Source of the DNA: an uncultured Clostridia bacterium
GTDB taxonomy: Bacteria; Bacillota; Clostridia; Oscillospirales; Acutalibacteraceae
Assembly (NCBI GenBank): GCA_947624835.1
Contig: CANQLX010000002.1
Location: 427 to 64,426, forward strand
Reading direction: 5' to 3'
DNA length: 64,000 nucleotides
Shown here in pieces: positions 48,807-58,444 of this stretch; position 1 is the first letter of the stretch; each line of letters starts with the position of its first letter. The notes beneath the pieces were generated by a model. That model saw only the letters and a program-made list of their open reading frames with translations, searched no databases and was not told where the DNA came from. The translations under genes and the position numbers were made by a program.

Positions 48807-49711
48807 CAAATACACAATCAGCTGCTATGAAATCAGGATATGCTGCAAGAAGAAAAGCAGCAAATATAATAATTTATGTTATACTTTCCATAATGGTTAT
48901 AATTTGGTTGTTCCCTATTGTATGGCTCGTTATGAGATCGTTCAGTGGTGATAACCTGATAGCTCCAAAGAACTTCTTCCCAACGGAGTGGACTTTTGAT
49001 AACTACATCAATTTGTTTGCAGTTTGGGACAGTGAGGCTAATGCTTGGGTTGATCCGGATCCGTTCCCCTACGGTAAATGGCTTCTCAATACATTTATTG
49101 TTGCTGTCTGCTCGGCTGTGATATCAACTCTTATCATTCTTATGATAAGCTACGCATTCTCAAGACTTCGTTTCAAGACCCGTAAAACTTTCCTTAATTT
49201 TGGTCTTATACTCGGTATGTTCCCCGGCTTTATGTCAATGGCCGCTACATACAATATTATGGAAATCTTCGGTTTGAAACAGTCACTTGTAGGTCTTGTC
49301 ATTGTTTATTCGGCAGGTGCCGGCTTGGGATATCAGGTATCTAAGGGCTTCTTTGATACCATTCCACGTTCACTTGACGAGGCAGCAAAGATTGACGGTG
49401 CAACGAGAAACCAAATATTTTGGGTTATCATTCTTCCGCTTTCAAAACCGATTATAGTTTATACAGCACTTACAACATTCCTCTCTCCATGGGCAGACTA
49501 CATCTTTGTAAGCTACTTTATGAAGGATAATCAAGAAAATTATACGGTTGCTGTAGGACTTTACAATATGCTTGAACCGAACTATATAGCTAACTACTTC
49601 ACAAGATTCTGTGCCGGTGCAGTTCTTATTGCCGTACCGATTACGATTCTTTTCGTAATAATGCAGAGATTCTATGTAGCCGGTGTAACTGGCGGTGCCG
49701 TTAAAGGCTGA
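48803..49711 (+). CDS. Sugar ABC transporter permease (MalG-like)
   Basis: EAA-loop EAAKIDGATRNQIFWVIILP. The start overlaps the upstream gene's stop (ATGA). Confidence 0.85.
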   Translation: MTNTQSAAMKSGYAARRKAANIIIYVILSIMVIIWLFPIVWLVMRSFSGDNLIAPKNFFPTEWTFDNYINLFAVWDSEANAWVDPDPFPYGKWLLNTFIVAVCSAVISTLIILMISYAFSRLRFKTRKTFLNFGLILGMFPGFMSMAATYNIMEIFGLKQSLVGLVIVYSAGAGLGYQVSKGFFDTIPRSLDEAAKIDGATRNQIFWVIILPLSKPIIVYTALTTFLSPWADYIFVSYFMKDNQENYTVAVGLYNMLEPNYIANYFTRFCAGAVLIAVPITILFVIMQRFYVAGVTGGAVKG

Positions 49712-49778
49712 TTTATTCATTCAATTAAGCAGGGATGCCTTTGCCTCCCTGCTTGATTTGTATAAAGGAGTAAGATTT

Positions 49779-51524
49779 ATGATTAAAAAGAAAATTATTT
49801 CGCTTCTGCTTGCCGGCGGTATGGTTTCAACCCTTATATTCGGCGGCTGTTCTGCCAATACCGATAATACACAGTCCGGTGCATCAGGTACAAACGACTC
49901 CATCACAGGAACAACTTCCCTGCCTGAGGACGGAGGTTTTAAAACCGTATCATACGAGGCATCAAAGGATAAATACAGAACATTTTATGAGATTTTCCCT
50001 TATGCCTACTATGATTCCAACGGTGACGGAATAGGCGATCTCAACGGTATCACATCCAAACTTGATTATCTTAATGATGGTGATACCTCTACAACGGATG
50101 ACCTCGGCATTGAGGGAATTTGGCTTATGCCGATTATGCCGTCGCCGTCATATCATAAGTATAATATTTCTGATTATAAGAATATAGATCCGGCTTACGG
50201 GACACTTGACGATTTTAAGAAACTTGTTGATGAATCCCATAAAAGAAATATAAACGTTATTATTGATTTGGTTCTCAACCATTCCTCAAGGGAGCATGAA
50301 TGGTACAAAAAAGCTATTGAGGAGCTTAAACAGGGAAAGACTGACGGCTATGCACAGTATTATCACTTCAAGGAAAATAATAATAAGGCAGGCTGGAAAA
50401 AGGCCGGTGTCGGTGACTGGTATTATGAGTGTCAGTTTGACATTGATATGCCCGACCTTAACCTCACAAACGAAAAGGTCAGAGAGGAAATTCAGAATAT
50501 TGTCAAATTCTGGCTTGATATGGGAGTGGACGGATTTAGACTGGATGCTGTGCTGTGGTATGAGAGCACCGGAAATGATGATTCCGTTGCAGATCTGAAA
50601 TGGCTGTATGATTATGCAAAAACTGTTAAAGAAGATGTATACATGGTAGGAGAGTGCTGGGACGGAGCAGGAGTGATTTCCGATTTCTATAAATCCGGGG
50701 TAGACAGCTTCTTTGATTTTGCGGCACAGGGACCGAGCGGTAGAGTATGCGATGCGGTTCGCTCGGAGGATGCACAGGGTTATGTAAAATCTCTTACCAC
50801 ATATGAGGATATGATAAAGAAAAATAACGAAAATGCTATTAATACACCGTTTATATCCAACCATGATACAAGCAGAAGTGCAAGCTTTCTTATGACGGAA
50901 ACATCGCAGAAAATGGCGGCTGCAATGTATATTCTTTCGCCCGGAAATGCATTTATCTATTATGGCGAGGAAATAGGCATGACAGGCGGATCCGAAAACG
51001 ACCCGGATAAGCGTACCGGTATGTATTGGTCGGAAACAGATACAAAAGGTTACGTTGAAAAAATACCCGGAGCCAACAACAAAAGTGTTCCGGATGCTGC
51101 TGTCGATGAGCAGCTTAAGGATGAAAATTCTCTTTTGAGCTTCTATAAGAGGGTTATAGCCCTGAAAAATCAGAATCCCGAAATTGCAAAAGGCAAACTG
51201 ACAGCCTTTAATTCCGACAATAAGGCAGTTGCGGGCTATGTGTGTGATAATGACGGCTCTAAGGTTCTTGTTATATTCAACGCAGGAGAAGAGGATGTAA
51301 CTGTAACGGTTCCTGAAAGTACATTTAAGGTCAATGAGGTTCGGGGTTATGTAATTGCGGCAACAGAGGGTGATGGCTCCGGCGGAGGGGCAGCAGATAT
51401 TGACGCACTTCTCGGAGGAGAAAGCTCTGAGGAAAATTCCGAAGAGCAAAGCAATGCCGGTGAATTTGTTGTATCAGGTCAAGAAATGACACTGCCGGCA
51501 TACAGTGCAATAGTACTTAAGTAA
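49779..51524 (+). CDS. GH13 alpha-amylase-family glycoside hydrolase, lipoprotein
   Basis: ATG at 49779 after an AAAGGAG RBS, lipobox IFGGCS. GH13 regions DLVLNH, GVDGFRLDAV, VGECWD and FISNHD. Confidence 0.85.
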   Translation: MIKKKIISLLLAGGMVSTLIFGGCSANTDNTQSGASGTNDSITGTTSLPEDGGFKTVSYEASKDKYRTFYEIFPYAYYDSNGDGIGDLNGITSKLDYLNDGDTSTTDDLGIEGIWLMPIMPSPSYHKYNISDYKNIDPAYGTLDDFKKLVDESHKRNINVIIDLVLNHSSREHEWYKKAIEELKQGKTDGYAQYYHFKENNNKAGWKKAGVGDWYYECQFDIDMPDLNLTNEKVREEIQNIVKFWLDMGVDGFRLDAVLWYESTGNDDSVADLKWLYDYAKTVKEDVYMVGECWDGAGVISDFYKSGVDSFFDFAAQGPSGRVCDAVRSEDAQGYVKSLTTYEDMIKKNNENAINTPFISNHDTSRSASFLMTETSQKMAAAMYILSPGNAFIYYGEEIGMTGGSENDPDKRTGMYWSETDTKGYVEKIPGANNKSVPDAAVDEQLKDENSLLSFYKRVIALKNQNPEIAKGKLTAFNSDNKAVAGYVCDNDGSKVLVIFNAGEEDVTVTVPESTFKVNEVRGYVIAATEGDGSGGGAADIDALLGGESSEENSEEQSNAGEFVVSGQEMTLPAYSAIVLK

Positions 51525-51696
51525 CGACAAATAGACAATATGTACTAATATCCTGTTTGAATTATGTTCCAAATGTGCAGGGGTTATCGAATAAGTGATT
51601 ATGGCTTAAACGATAATCCCTTATTTTTCTAAGCCATTGAAAAACGTAAAACAGCATGATATATTATGATTAATATATGTCAACGGAGTGATGATT

Positions 51697-52701
51697 GTGA
51701 ATAAGCAGAAAATCAGGCTCAGTGATGTTGCGGATGAATTGGGACTGAGTACGGCAACTGTTTCCTATGTTCTTCACGGTAAGACAAATATGGTATCGGA
51801 GCGTACCGCAAGTAGAGTACGTGAGGTGCTTGAGGAAAAGGGATACCTTCCAAGAGCGGCGGAGGTTTTGCTCGGGGAGAACCCTTCAAAAATAATAGGT
51901 GTCGTTGTTAATGACCACGAAAAATATGAAGCACACATTCTTGAGGATGCGTTCATTGCTTCTGCACTTAATTCCCTTTCTGCCGAAACATCAAAAAGGG
52001 GATTGCAGCTTATGGTTAAGCCTGTCAAATCACTTGATGAAATTGTAAGCTTTTCTACTATGTGGAATTTGGAGGGTCTTGTACTTATCGGATTTTGCGA
52101 CACAGATTACGGAAAGCTCCGCAGGCAAATGCGTATTCCGTTTGCCACATATGACAGCTGCGGAGTTACTGCGGAACATACCTGTTCAATAAATATTGAT
52201 GACAGGCAGGGCGGCTTTCAGGTGGGGGAATATTTCCGCCGGTGCGGACACCGCCGTGTTTTATGCATTGCCGATAATGATGTAGATATGGATAAGGAAA
52301 GACTTGATGGCTTTCGTGAGGGATTTGGATATGACAGAGCGGATTTTATGCTTATCCCAATGATAAAAAAGGATAGAATAAAGTTTTATAACGATAATTT
52401 AAAAAAGCTCAAAAATTATACCGCAGTCTTTGCTGTTTCTGATTTTTATGCGGTTGACCTTATGCATTTTCTTGACAGTCACAAAATTTCAGTGCCGGGT
52501 GAAATATCCGTTGCCGGTTTTGATGATACTCCACTTTGCGGTATGATATTTCCGTCACTTACTTCCGTACATCAGGATACGGCAAAAAGAGCGGAATATG
52601 CTCTGTATGCTCTGGAACAACTCCGTGACGGACAGGACATTGAGTCAACAATAACCCTCCCTACAAGGCTTATTATCCGTGAGAGTACACGTAGCTTATG
52701 A
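51697..52701 (+). CDS. LacI-family transcriptional regulator
   Basis: N-terminal HTH LSDVADELGLSTATVSYVLHG and a periplasmic-binding-fold core. The GTG at 51697, 8 nt after GGAG, is preferred; the ORF is open from 51688. Confidence 0.85.
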   Translation: MNKQKIRLSDVADELGLSTATVSYVLHGKTNMVSERTASRVREVLEEKGYLPRAAEVLLGENPSKIIGVVVNDHEKYEAHILEDAFIASALNSLSAETSKRGLQLMVKPVKSLDEIVSFSTMWNLEGLVLIGFCDTDYGKLRRQMRIPFATYDSCGVTAEHTCSINIDDRQGGFQVGEYFRRCGHRRVLCIADNDVDMDKERLDGFREGFGYDRADFMLIPMIKKDRIKFYNDNLKKLKNYTAVFAVSDFYAVDLMHFLDSHKISVPGEISVAGFDDTPLCGMIFPSLTSVHQDTAKRAEYALYALEQLRDGQDIESTITLPTRLIIRESTRSL

Positions 52702-52803
52702 GTTTCTACAAAAATGAGCATAAAATTTTGGTATAACTTATGTATTTAAGTTTTGCATTAACACCTCTGTCGGTCTATAATGGAACTGACAGGGGTGGTA
52801 TTA

Positions 52804-54141
52804 ATGAAAAAATCGTCGTTCTTATATTCAGTTTGTATTCTTGCGATTCCCGTTGCACTTCAATCTATGCTTCAAGCTTCATTCGGTGTTGTTGATCAGG
52901 TAATGATTGGTCAGCTCGGAAGTGTTGATGTTACGGCTGTCGGACTTGCGGGAAAGTTTACGGGAATATTTAACGTAATGGTTTCGGCAGTAAGTGCGGT
53001 TGCGGGAATAATGATTTCTCAATATATTGGACAGAAAAACCATGCGGAGGTCAGGAGAAGTTTATCTGTCAATCTTATGCTTGCTATCGGTGTTGCTGTG
53101 ATTTTTACCGTACTTTGTGCTGTTTTGCCAAGGCAGATTATGGGACTTTACATTGAGGACGAGGCGGCTGTGGAATCTGCCGGAGGATATCTTTTCATAA
53201 CTGCATGGGGGTTTATTATTACATCAGGGGCAACAATAATTTCAACAATGCTCCGTTGTATGGAAAAGGCTTCTTTGCCTCTATATGCCGGAATTGCGGC
53301 TGCGGTTGTAAATACCGGTCTGAATTATCTACTTATATTCGGTAAGCTCGGATTTCCCGAATTGGGGATAGCAGGTGCGGCGATTGCTACACTGATTTCT
53401 CAGGCGGTGAATTTTATACTGATACTTTTTATGTATATCAAATATAGGAACTTTTTGGGAAAGACGAATGAATCCGCGAACGTCGGAAAATTTAATTACA
53501 AACAATATTTAACTATGCTTATGCCGATTTTGTTCAGTGAGTTTATGTGGAGCTTCGGGGAAAATGTGTATGCAGGAATATACGGACATCTGGGTACTGA
53601 TGCCTGTGCCGCTATGACCCTTACAAATCCTGTTCAGTCCTTAACAATCGGTGCCTTATGCGGTCTAAGTCAGGCGGCAGGTATTATAATAGGGAAAAAA
53701 CTCGGTGACGGAGAATTTGACGGGGCATATAATGCCTCCAAAAAACTGATTTTGTATGGTGCGGTCGGCTCGCTTATATTCTCGGTTATTATCGTACTTA
53801 TAATGCCGTATTATGTTAGAATCTATAATGTGGAGGAAAATGTCCGTCAGATTACGGTTCAGATACTGACAGCCTATGCATTGGTTGTACCATTCAAGGT
53901 TCTTAACATGATTGTCGGCGGTGGTATTTTGCGAAGCGGCGGAAAAACCAAATATATTATGGTTATAGATATAATCGGAACATGGATTTTTGGTGTACCG
54001 CTTGGTTTTCTCTCAGCTTTTGTTTTTGGCTTATCTATCCCATATGTTTATTTTATACTTTCACTTGAGGAATGTGTACGTCTGGGTATTTCTCTTATAG
54101 TCTTGCATAGAAGAAACTGGATGAATACGCTTAAGACTTAA
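52804..54141 (+). CDS. MATE-family efflux transporter
   Basis: 12-TM MATE layout. ATG at 52804 after a GGGGTGG RBS. Confidence 0.85.
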   Translation: MKKSSFLYSVCILAIPVALQSMLQASFGVVDQVMIGQLGSVDVTAVGLAGKFTGIFNVMVSAVSAVAGIMISQYIGQKNHAEVRRSLSVNLMLAIGVAVIFTVLCAVLPRQIMGLYIEDEAAVESAGGYLFITAWGFIITSGATIISTMLRCMEKASLPLYAGIAAAVVNTGLNYLLIFGKLGFPELGIAGAAIATLISQAVNFILILFMYIKYRNFLGKTNESANVGKFNYKQYLTMLMPILFSEFMWSFGENVYAGIYGHLGTDACAAMTLTNPVQSLTIGALCGLSQAAGIIIGKKLGDGEFDGAYNASKKLILYGAVGSLIFSVIIVLIMPYYVRIYNVEENVRQITVQILTAYALVVPFKVLNMIVGGGILRSGGKTKYIMVIDIIGTWIFGVPLGFLSAFVFGLSIPYVYFILSLEECVRLGISLIVLHRRNWMNTLKT

Positions 54142-54151
54142 TTAAAAAAAT

Positions 54152-54196
54152 AGCCTTCTATTGTGCAAATTATTGCATAGAAGGCTGTTTTTTTTT
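54152..54196 (+). terminator. Rho-independent terminator
   Basis: AGCCTTCTA ... TAGAAGGCT stem followed by GTTTTTTTTT. Confidence 0.7.
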
Positions 54197-54255
54197 GTAA
54201 ATTTGTTGTATTTATAATATGTATATGTTATAATTGCACTATAAAAATATGGGGA

Positions 54256-54648
54256 GTGGTTCTTGTGAAATTTGAACATTTTTTAGGGATGGATATATGT
54301 AACAGTGCGGATGAGATTGAGGAAATTCTGCATAAGCAGAACGGGAACAATGTAAATGAATTTTGGATCAGCACTGAAACGCAATTTCCTTGTTTGGGTG
54401 TTCTTACCAATTCGTCATATGCCTATGTGCATTTTTTTGATGAAGATGGCAGTCCCGGATTCAGAGGATTGGCTGATGAGGATTTGGGTCTTGATGAAAA
54501 TGAATTGCCAACCTTTTACTCAAGTAACGGTGAAATTATGTCCGTTGAAATTGAATGTATTGTCAGTCTGAATAAGGCAGTTGAGGTTGTCAGGGAGTTT
54601 TTTGAAACCGGATCTATGCCCACGTGTATTGAGTGGGACGAGCTTTGA
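54256..54648 (+). CDS. Imm1-like polymorphic-toxin immunity protein (orphan)
   Basis: 130 aa. The pattern ...AYVHFFDEDGSPGF... and the C-terminal PTCIEWDEL, with its conserved terminal Trp, resemble the Imm1 family as I remember it. No toxin gene is adjacent. Confidence 0.6.
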   Translation: MVLVKFEHFLGMDICNSADEIEEILHKQNGNNVNEFWISTETQFPCLGVLTNSSYAYVHFFDEDGSPGFRGLADEDLGLDENELPTFYSSNGEIMSVEIECIVSLNKAVEVVREFFETGSMPTCIEWDEL

Positions 54649-54678
54649 ATAAGTGCATAGATTTTGAAGAGGGTAACT

Positions 54679-54906
54679 ATGGGTATAGATGGTTTTAGAT
54701 ATGGTTGGCGATTTAATTATGAAAAATATGCAAGGCTCAGTGAATCGGAATTATCTCATATCCAGGTTTTATCGCAGAAGGATTCACAAAATAAATGGGG
54801 TAGCATAGTAGAAACCGAAAGCTTTTATAAAAAGAGGATATATTCATATGATTGTAAACAGAATCGCTACTGTCTGCTTAAAGGATTGCTGTTGGGGGAA
54901 AGGTGA
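54679..54906 (+). CDS. Hypothetical protein (possibly the 5' part of a decayed gene)
   Basis: ATG 5 nt after a GAAGAGGG RBS. The ORF is followed by about 180 nt holding short ORF fragments in other frames. Confidence 0.3.
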   Translation: MGIDGFRYGWRFNYEKYARLSESELSHIQVLSQKDSQNKWGSIVETESFYKKRIYSYDCKQNRYCLLKGLLLGER

Positions 54907-55105
54907 AGGTACTACAAAAGTACTACTCCGCAAAATTTTTAAGAATGTAAGCGTTGATTCTTTGTTCTTTGAAAAAATTGTCAGACTTCTGCTATCCGAG
55001 TGATGCAAATTTGATGATATTATTTAATTCTGAATTTGCGATTTATTATGAAGATATTTTGTATGGCGTGTTTGGTATTGAAACGGTTTAATGGGTGATT
55101 ATGTT

Positions 55106-55765
55106 ATGGAAAGAACGATAGAGCTTATTAATGTCACGGGCGGCGGCGACTGTGAATTACTTAATTACGGAAGTATGAGGGATGTACTACCTTATTTCGA
55201 TTACATCTTCAAGTCCGGGGTATATATATTTGAGGGAGAATGTGCAGCGGGCGGCTGGGCATTGTCTGCTCTGCTGACAGGAAAAATTAAGACAGACGGC
55301 GGAAGTATTATTTATAATAACCGAAAACTTAGCCAAAGTGAGTTAAGACAAATTGCTTGCTATGTCGGAGAAGATAGCGGAATTAAGAAGCTTTTCGGGC
55401 TTGCAGATATGACGGTTTCGGAGCAGATTAAATACGGTATTGCCCATGGTTTGAGTTATAATGAAAGTGTATCGGATATAAAAAATCTGTTTGGTTTGTC
55501 TGACGGAAGGTTCAACAGAAAATTCCGATTTGTAAGCGGCGAAAGATGGAGAATTTCTATGGCAATCGGGTATGCGACGGGAAAATTTTTATATTGTTTT
55601 CCTTGGGTGAACAGCTATACCATTGAAAAACTCAAAGACATTTTTAAGCGGTGTTTTCCGGCTCTTATTGAGATAGGTGCAATTATATTAATACCGACAA
55701 CCGAATACGGCAGAGTATCTCATGTTATGGAGATTTATAACCCGACTGTAATACAAAATGGGTGA
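55106..55765 (+). CDS. ABC-ATPase-like protein with degenerate catalytic motifs
   Basis: The order and spacing of the motifs are retained but the motifs are degenerate: Walker A-like GECAAGGWALSALLTG (no GK[ST]), Q-loop-like YVGED, signature-like VSGERWRISMAIG, Walker B-like FLYCFPW (no DE). Confidence 0.5.
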   Translation: MERTIELINVTGGGDCELLNYGSMRDVLPYFDYIFKSGVYIFEGECAAGGWALSALLTGKIKTDGGSIIYNNRKLSQSELRQIACYVGEDSGIKKLFGLADMTVSEQIKYGIAHGLSYNESVSDIKNLFGLSDGRFNRKFRFVSGERWRISMAIGYATGKFLYCFPWVNSYTIEKLKDIFKRCFPALIEIGAIILIPTTEYGRVSHVMEIYNPTVIQNG

Positions 55766-56080
55766 TAACGGTGAAATTGGGCTTCATACATCTTGGAAGA
55801 AGTGACTTACAGACTTGCGTTGGATTGTGAGAGAATAGTATATAAGTTAATGGAAATGAATATTGAATTGGATGTATGCCGTATTCTTTATATTGTTTTT
55901 GCAGAAACAGAAGGTTTCAGACAGTCTGAGCTTATTGACTATGCACCCTTTATGGACGCATTTGCATCCGCATCCAGAGTAATGTAAATATTTATTTTTT
56001 CTCAGTAATTACATTCTTTTTATTTTATTAAGGAACTGTTTGGTATTAAAAAAATTTTATCGGTTTTTGTTACGGCGGTC

Positions 56081-56644
56081 ATGCTTATTACATTTTCGGT
56101 AAGCATATTTTCGGTTGATGCGGCTGATAATGTACCGAATTTAGAGTTTAATACAAAAATTCTTATTCTTGTGAATATGGATACTGATGAAGTGTATTAT
56201 TCGCAGAATACAGACAGGTCGCCGATGGCGTCTACGACAAAAATAATGACATATATTGTTGCGGCAGAGGCGACCGCTTTTGATATTCTAAATAAAATAT
56301 ATACCAAGGAAATTATTGGAGCATCTGATACTCAGGTAACGGTTCTTGAGCCTGTTGGAGAAAGCAGCGATGAATCCTCAGAATCATCTGAAATATCAGA
56401 AAGCTCTTCGGAATCGAGTGAATCGTCTGAAATATCAGAGGGATCTGTGGAAACAAGCGATACATCTGAAAACAGTCAGGGTGTGGTACCTGAACAGTCA
56501 AATGTTGAGAATGAATCGGATAGTATTACAGGCAGTAACGATACGGTTCAAACAGGAGTTCAATTCCCTGTTGTGACACTTGTATTATTGGTTGTTTCTT
56601 CGGGTATAATTTGTTTGTTCATTTCTAAGAAACACAGCAGATAA
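56081..56644 (+). CDS. Truncated S11/PBP5-like N-terminal fragment fused to Ser/Glu repeats and a sortase-like sorting signal
   Basis: ILVNMDTDEVYYSQNTDRSPMASTTKIMTYIVAAE matches the SxxK region of D-Ala-D-Ala carboxypeptidases, but the SxN and KTG motifs are absent. An SSE repeat follows, then VQTG plus a hydrophobic helix plus KKHSR. A signal-peptide-like sequence continues in frame upstream of the ATG. Confidence 0.5.
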   Translation: MLITFSVSIFSVDAADNVPNLEFNTKILILVNMDTDEVYYSQNTDRSPMASTTKIMTYIVAAEATAFDILNKIYTKEIIGASDTQVTVLEPVGESSDESSESSEISESSSESSESSEISEGSVETSDTSENSQGVVPEQSNVENESDSITGSNDTVQTGVQFPVVTLVLLVVSSGIICLFISKKHSR

Positions 56645-56651
56645 TTTATAA

Positions 56652-56721
56652 AAATAAAAAATCCGATTGATAATTTGGGGTGCATTTCATAGTGTGCACT
56701 TCAATATCAATCGGTTTTTTT
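56652..56721. terminator. Bidirectional terminator between the PBP-fragment gene and the MATE gene
   Basis: CCGATTGATA ... TATCAATCGG stem with an inner GTGCA/TGCAC stem, an A-run on the left and a T-run on the right. Confidence 0.6.
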
Positions 56722-56764
56722 AATATGAATGAATTTGCAAATATTGCAGTCGTATGTTGATTAA

Positions 56765-58096
56765 TTACGCATACCCGTATTTTTTTCTGTTTGCAGAAAA
56801 ACAGCATATTGTCAGAATAAGGGATAGACCCTCCGCAAATACTATGGAAAGCCATATTCCGTTGATACCCATAAGGAAGGGTAAGCACAGAACACATATA
56901 ATTTGCAGAACAAGAGTGCGTGCAAAGGAGATAAGTGCGGATATAAAGCCGTTATTGAGTGCGGTGAAAAAGGATGAGGCATATATATTAAAGCCTGCAA
57001 GGAGATAGGAAACAGAATATATCATAAAGCCTCTCTGCGTCATGTCGAAAAGTTCTGCATCATAGCCCACAAAGATTGCCGAGAGCGGATAGGCTAAAAG
57101 CTCAGCGGATAATGTTAGTAAAAATGCGGCTATTCCGATAAGTCGCAGACTTTTGCCGTAAACGTTCCTAAGCTCTGCTTTATTCCCTGCACCGTAGTGA
57201 TACCCCACTATCGGTGCACTGCCTATTGCATAGCCTAAAAATACCGATATGAAAACAAATGCTACATACATAATCACTCCGTATGCCGCAACTCCGTTCT
57301 GTCCTGCTATCTCCATAAGTCTGTTATTGTACAGCATATTTACGACTGATAAGGAAACGTTTGTCATAAATTCGGACGAGCCGTTTGTAAAGGTTTTTAC
57401 TATGGCTTTTATGTCAAAGGGTGCTTGCCCTAATCTCAGCTTTGTTTTATTTGGGAGTATGAAAAATATCAACGGAGTTATTCCGCCGATAAACTGACTT
57501 ATCCCTGTTGCAAGTGCCGCCCCACTTACACCCCATTCCAGTACGGCGACAAACAGGGCGTCAAGTACTATATTCGTTACCCCTGCGGCAATGGTTATGA
57601 TAAGACCGAGTGTCGGACGTTCGGCTGTCACAAGAAAGCTTTGGAACACACTTTGCAGCATAAACGGAACCAGTGCAAGCATGATTATCCTTCCGTATTC
57701 TACACACAAGGGGAGCATTTCCTCATCTGCACCAAGAGCAAGTGTCACATCCTTAAGAAATATTATGCCGAGGACGGTAAATAATAAACCAATACCTATC
57801 ATCAAATATACAATAAGCGAAAAGATATTTCTTGCCTTTTCATTATTTCCTTCTCCGAGAGTTTTTGCAACCAGTGCACTTCCTCCTGTACCTGCCATAA
57901 ATCCGACAGCACTGAATATCATAAGAAACGGCATTATAAAATTTACGGATGTAAATTCTGTGCGTCCTATAAAATTTGAAATAAATAATCCGTCTACAAC
58001 ACCATACACGGATGTGAATATCATCATTATAATTGAAGGTATTGTAAATCTTATAAGTTTTTTATATGTAAAGCTGTCCGAAAGCCGGATTTTCAT
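56765..58096 (-). CDS. MATE-family efflux transporter
   Basis: 443 aa, 12-TM MATE layout. Confidence 0.85.
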   Translation of the reverse strand: MKIRLSDSFTYKKLIRFTIPSIIMMIFTSVYGVVDGLFISNFIGRTEFTSVNFIMPFLMIFSAVGFMAGTGGSALVAKTLGEGNNEKARNIFSLIVYLMIGIGLLFTVLGIIFLKDVTLALGADEEMLPLCVEYGRIIMLALVPFMLQSVFQSFLVTAERPTLGLIITIAAGVTNIVLDALFVAVLEWGVSGAALATGISQFIGGITPLIFFILPNKTKLRLGQAPFDIKAIVKTFTNGSSEFMTNVSLSVVNMLYNNRLMEIAGQNGVAAYGVIMYVAFVFISVFLGYAIGSAPIVGYHYGAGNKAELRNVYGKSLRLIGIAAFLLTLSAELLAYPLSAIFVGYDAELFDMTQRGFMIYSVSYLLAGFNIYASSFFTALNNGFISALISFARTLVLQIICVLCLPFLMGINGIWLSIVFAEGLSLILTICCFSANRKKYGYA

Positions 58097-58164
58097 TTAT
58101 TTCTGTATCCTTTCCCTTTCTCCAATATGTTTACTGTACTATTCTAAACGTTTTTACGCAAAAA

Positions 58165-58196
58165 TGCAACCCACAGTCTGTTGACTGCGGGTTGCA
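58165..58196 (-). terminator. Rho-independent terminator of the SASP gene
   Basis: TGCAACCCACAGTC / GACTGCGGGTTGCA stem followed by TTTTT on the minus strand. Confidence 0.65.
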
Positions 58197-58249
58197 CGAT
58201 TTATTTACCTGCCCTCAGGCGGGTTTACAGTTCATATCCAGGAGGATAA

Positions 58250-58444
58250 TTACATACTTCTTTCGTATGCCTCAATCATTTTCTTAACCATCTGACCGCC
58301 TACAGAACCTGCTTCACGGGATGTGAGGTCACCGTTATAACCCTGCTTAAGGTTTACACCTACTTCGTTAGCACATTCCATCTTGAACTGTTCCATAGCC
58401 TGCTTAGCTTCAGGTACGTTGAGTGAATTAGAATTGTTAGCCAT
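58250..58444 (-). CDS. Alpha/beta-type small acid-soluble spore protein
   Basis: 64 aa. The two conserved SASP blocks are present (KMECANEVGV and TSREAGSVGGQMVKKMIE). Confidence 0.9.
   Translation of the reverse strand: MANNSNSLNVPEAKQAMEQFKMECANEVGVNLKQGYNGDLTSREAGSVGGQMVKKMIEAYERSM

Noticed and set aside
50286-51449. 387-aa ORF on the minus strand
   Set aside because: It lies entirely antisense to the well-supported GH13 gene. Its Cys/Ile/Phe-rich composition has no recognisable motifs or RBS. It is a typical shadow ORF of a highly expressed-type coding frame.
55793-55987. 64-aa ORF after the pseudo-ABC gene
   Set aside because: It has only a TTG start with no RBS and no recognisable family. 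It is kept only as part of the islet discussion.
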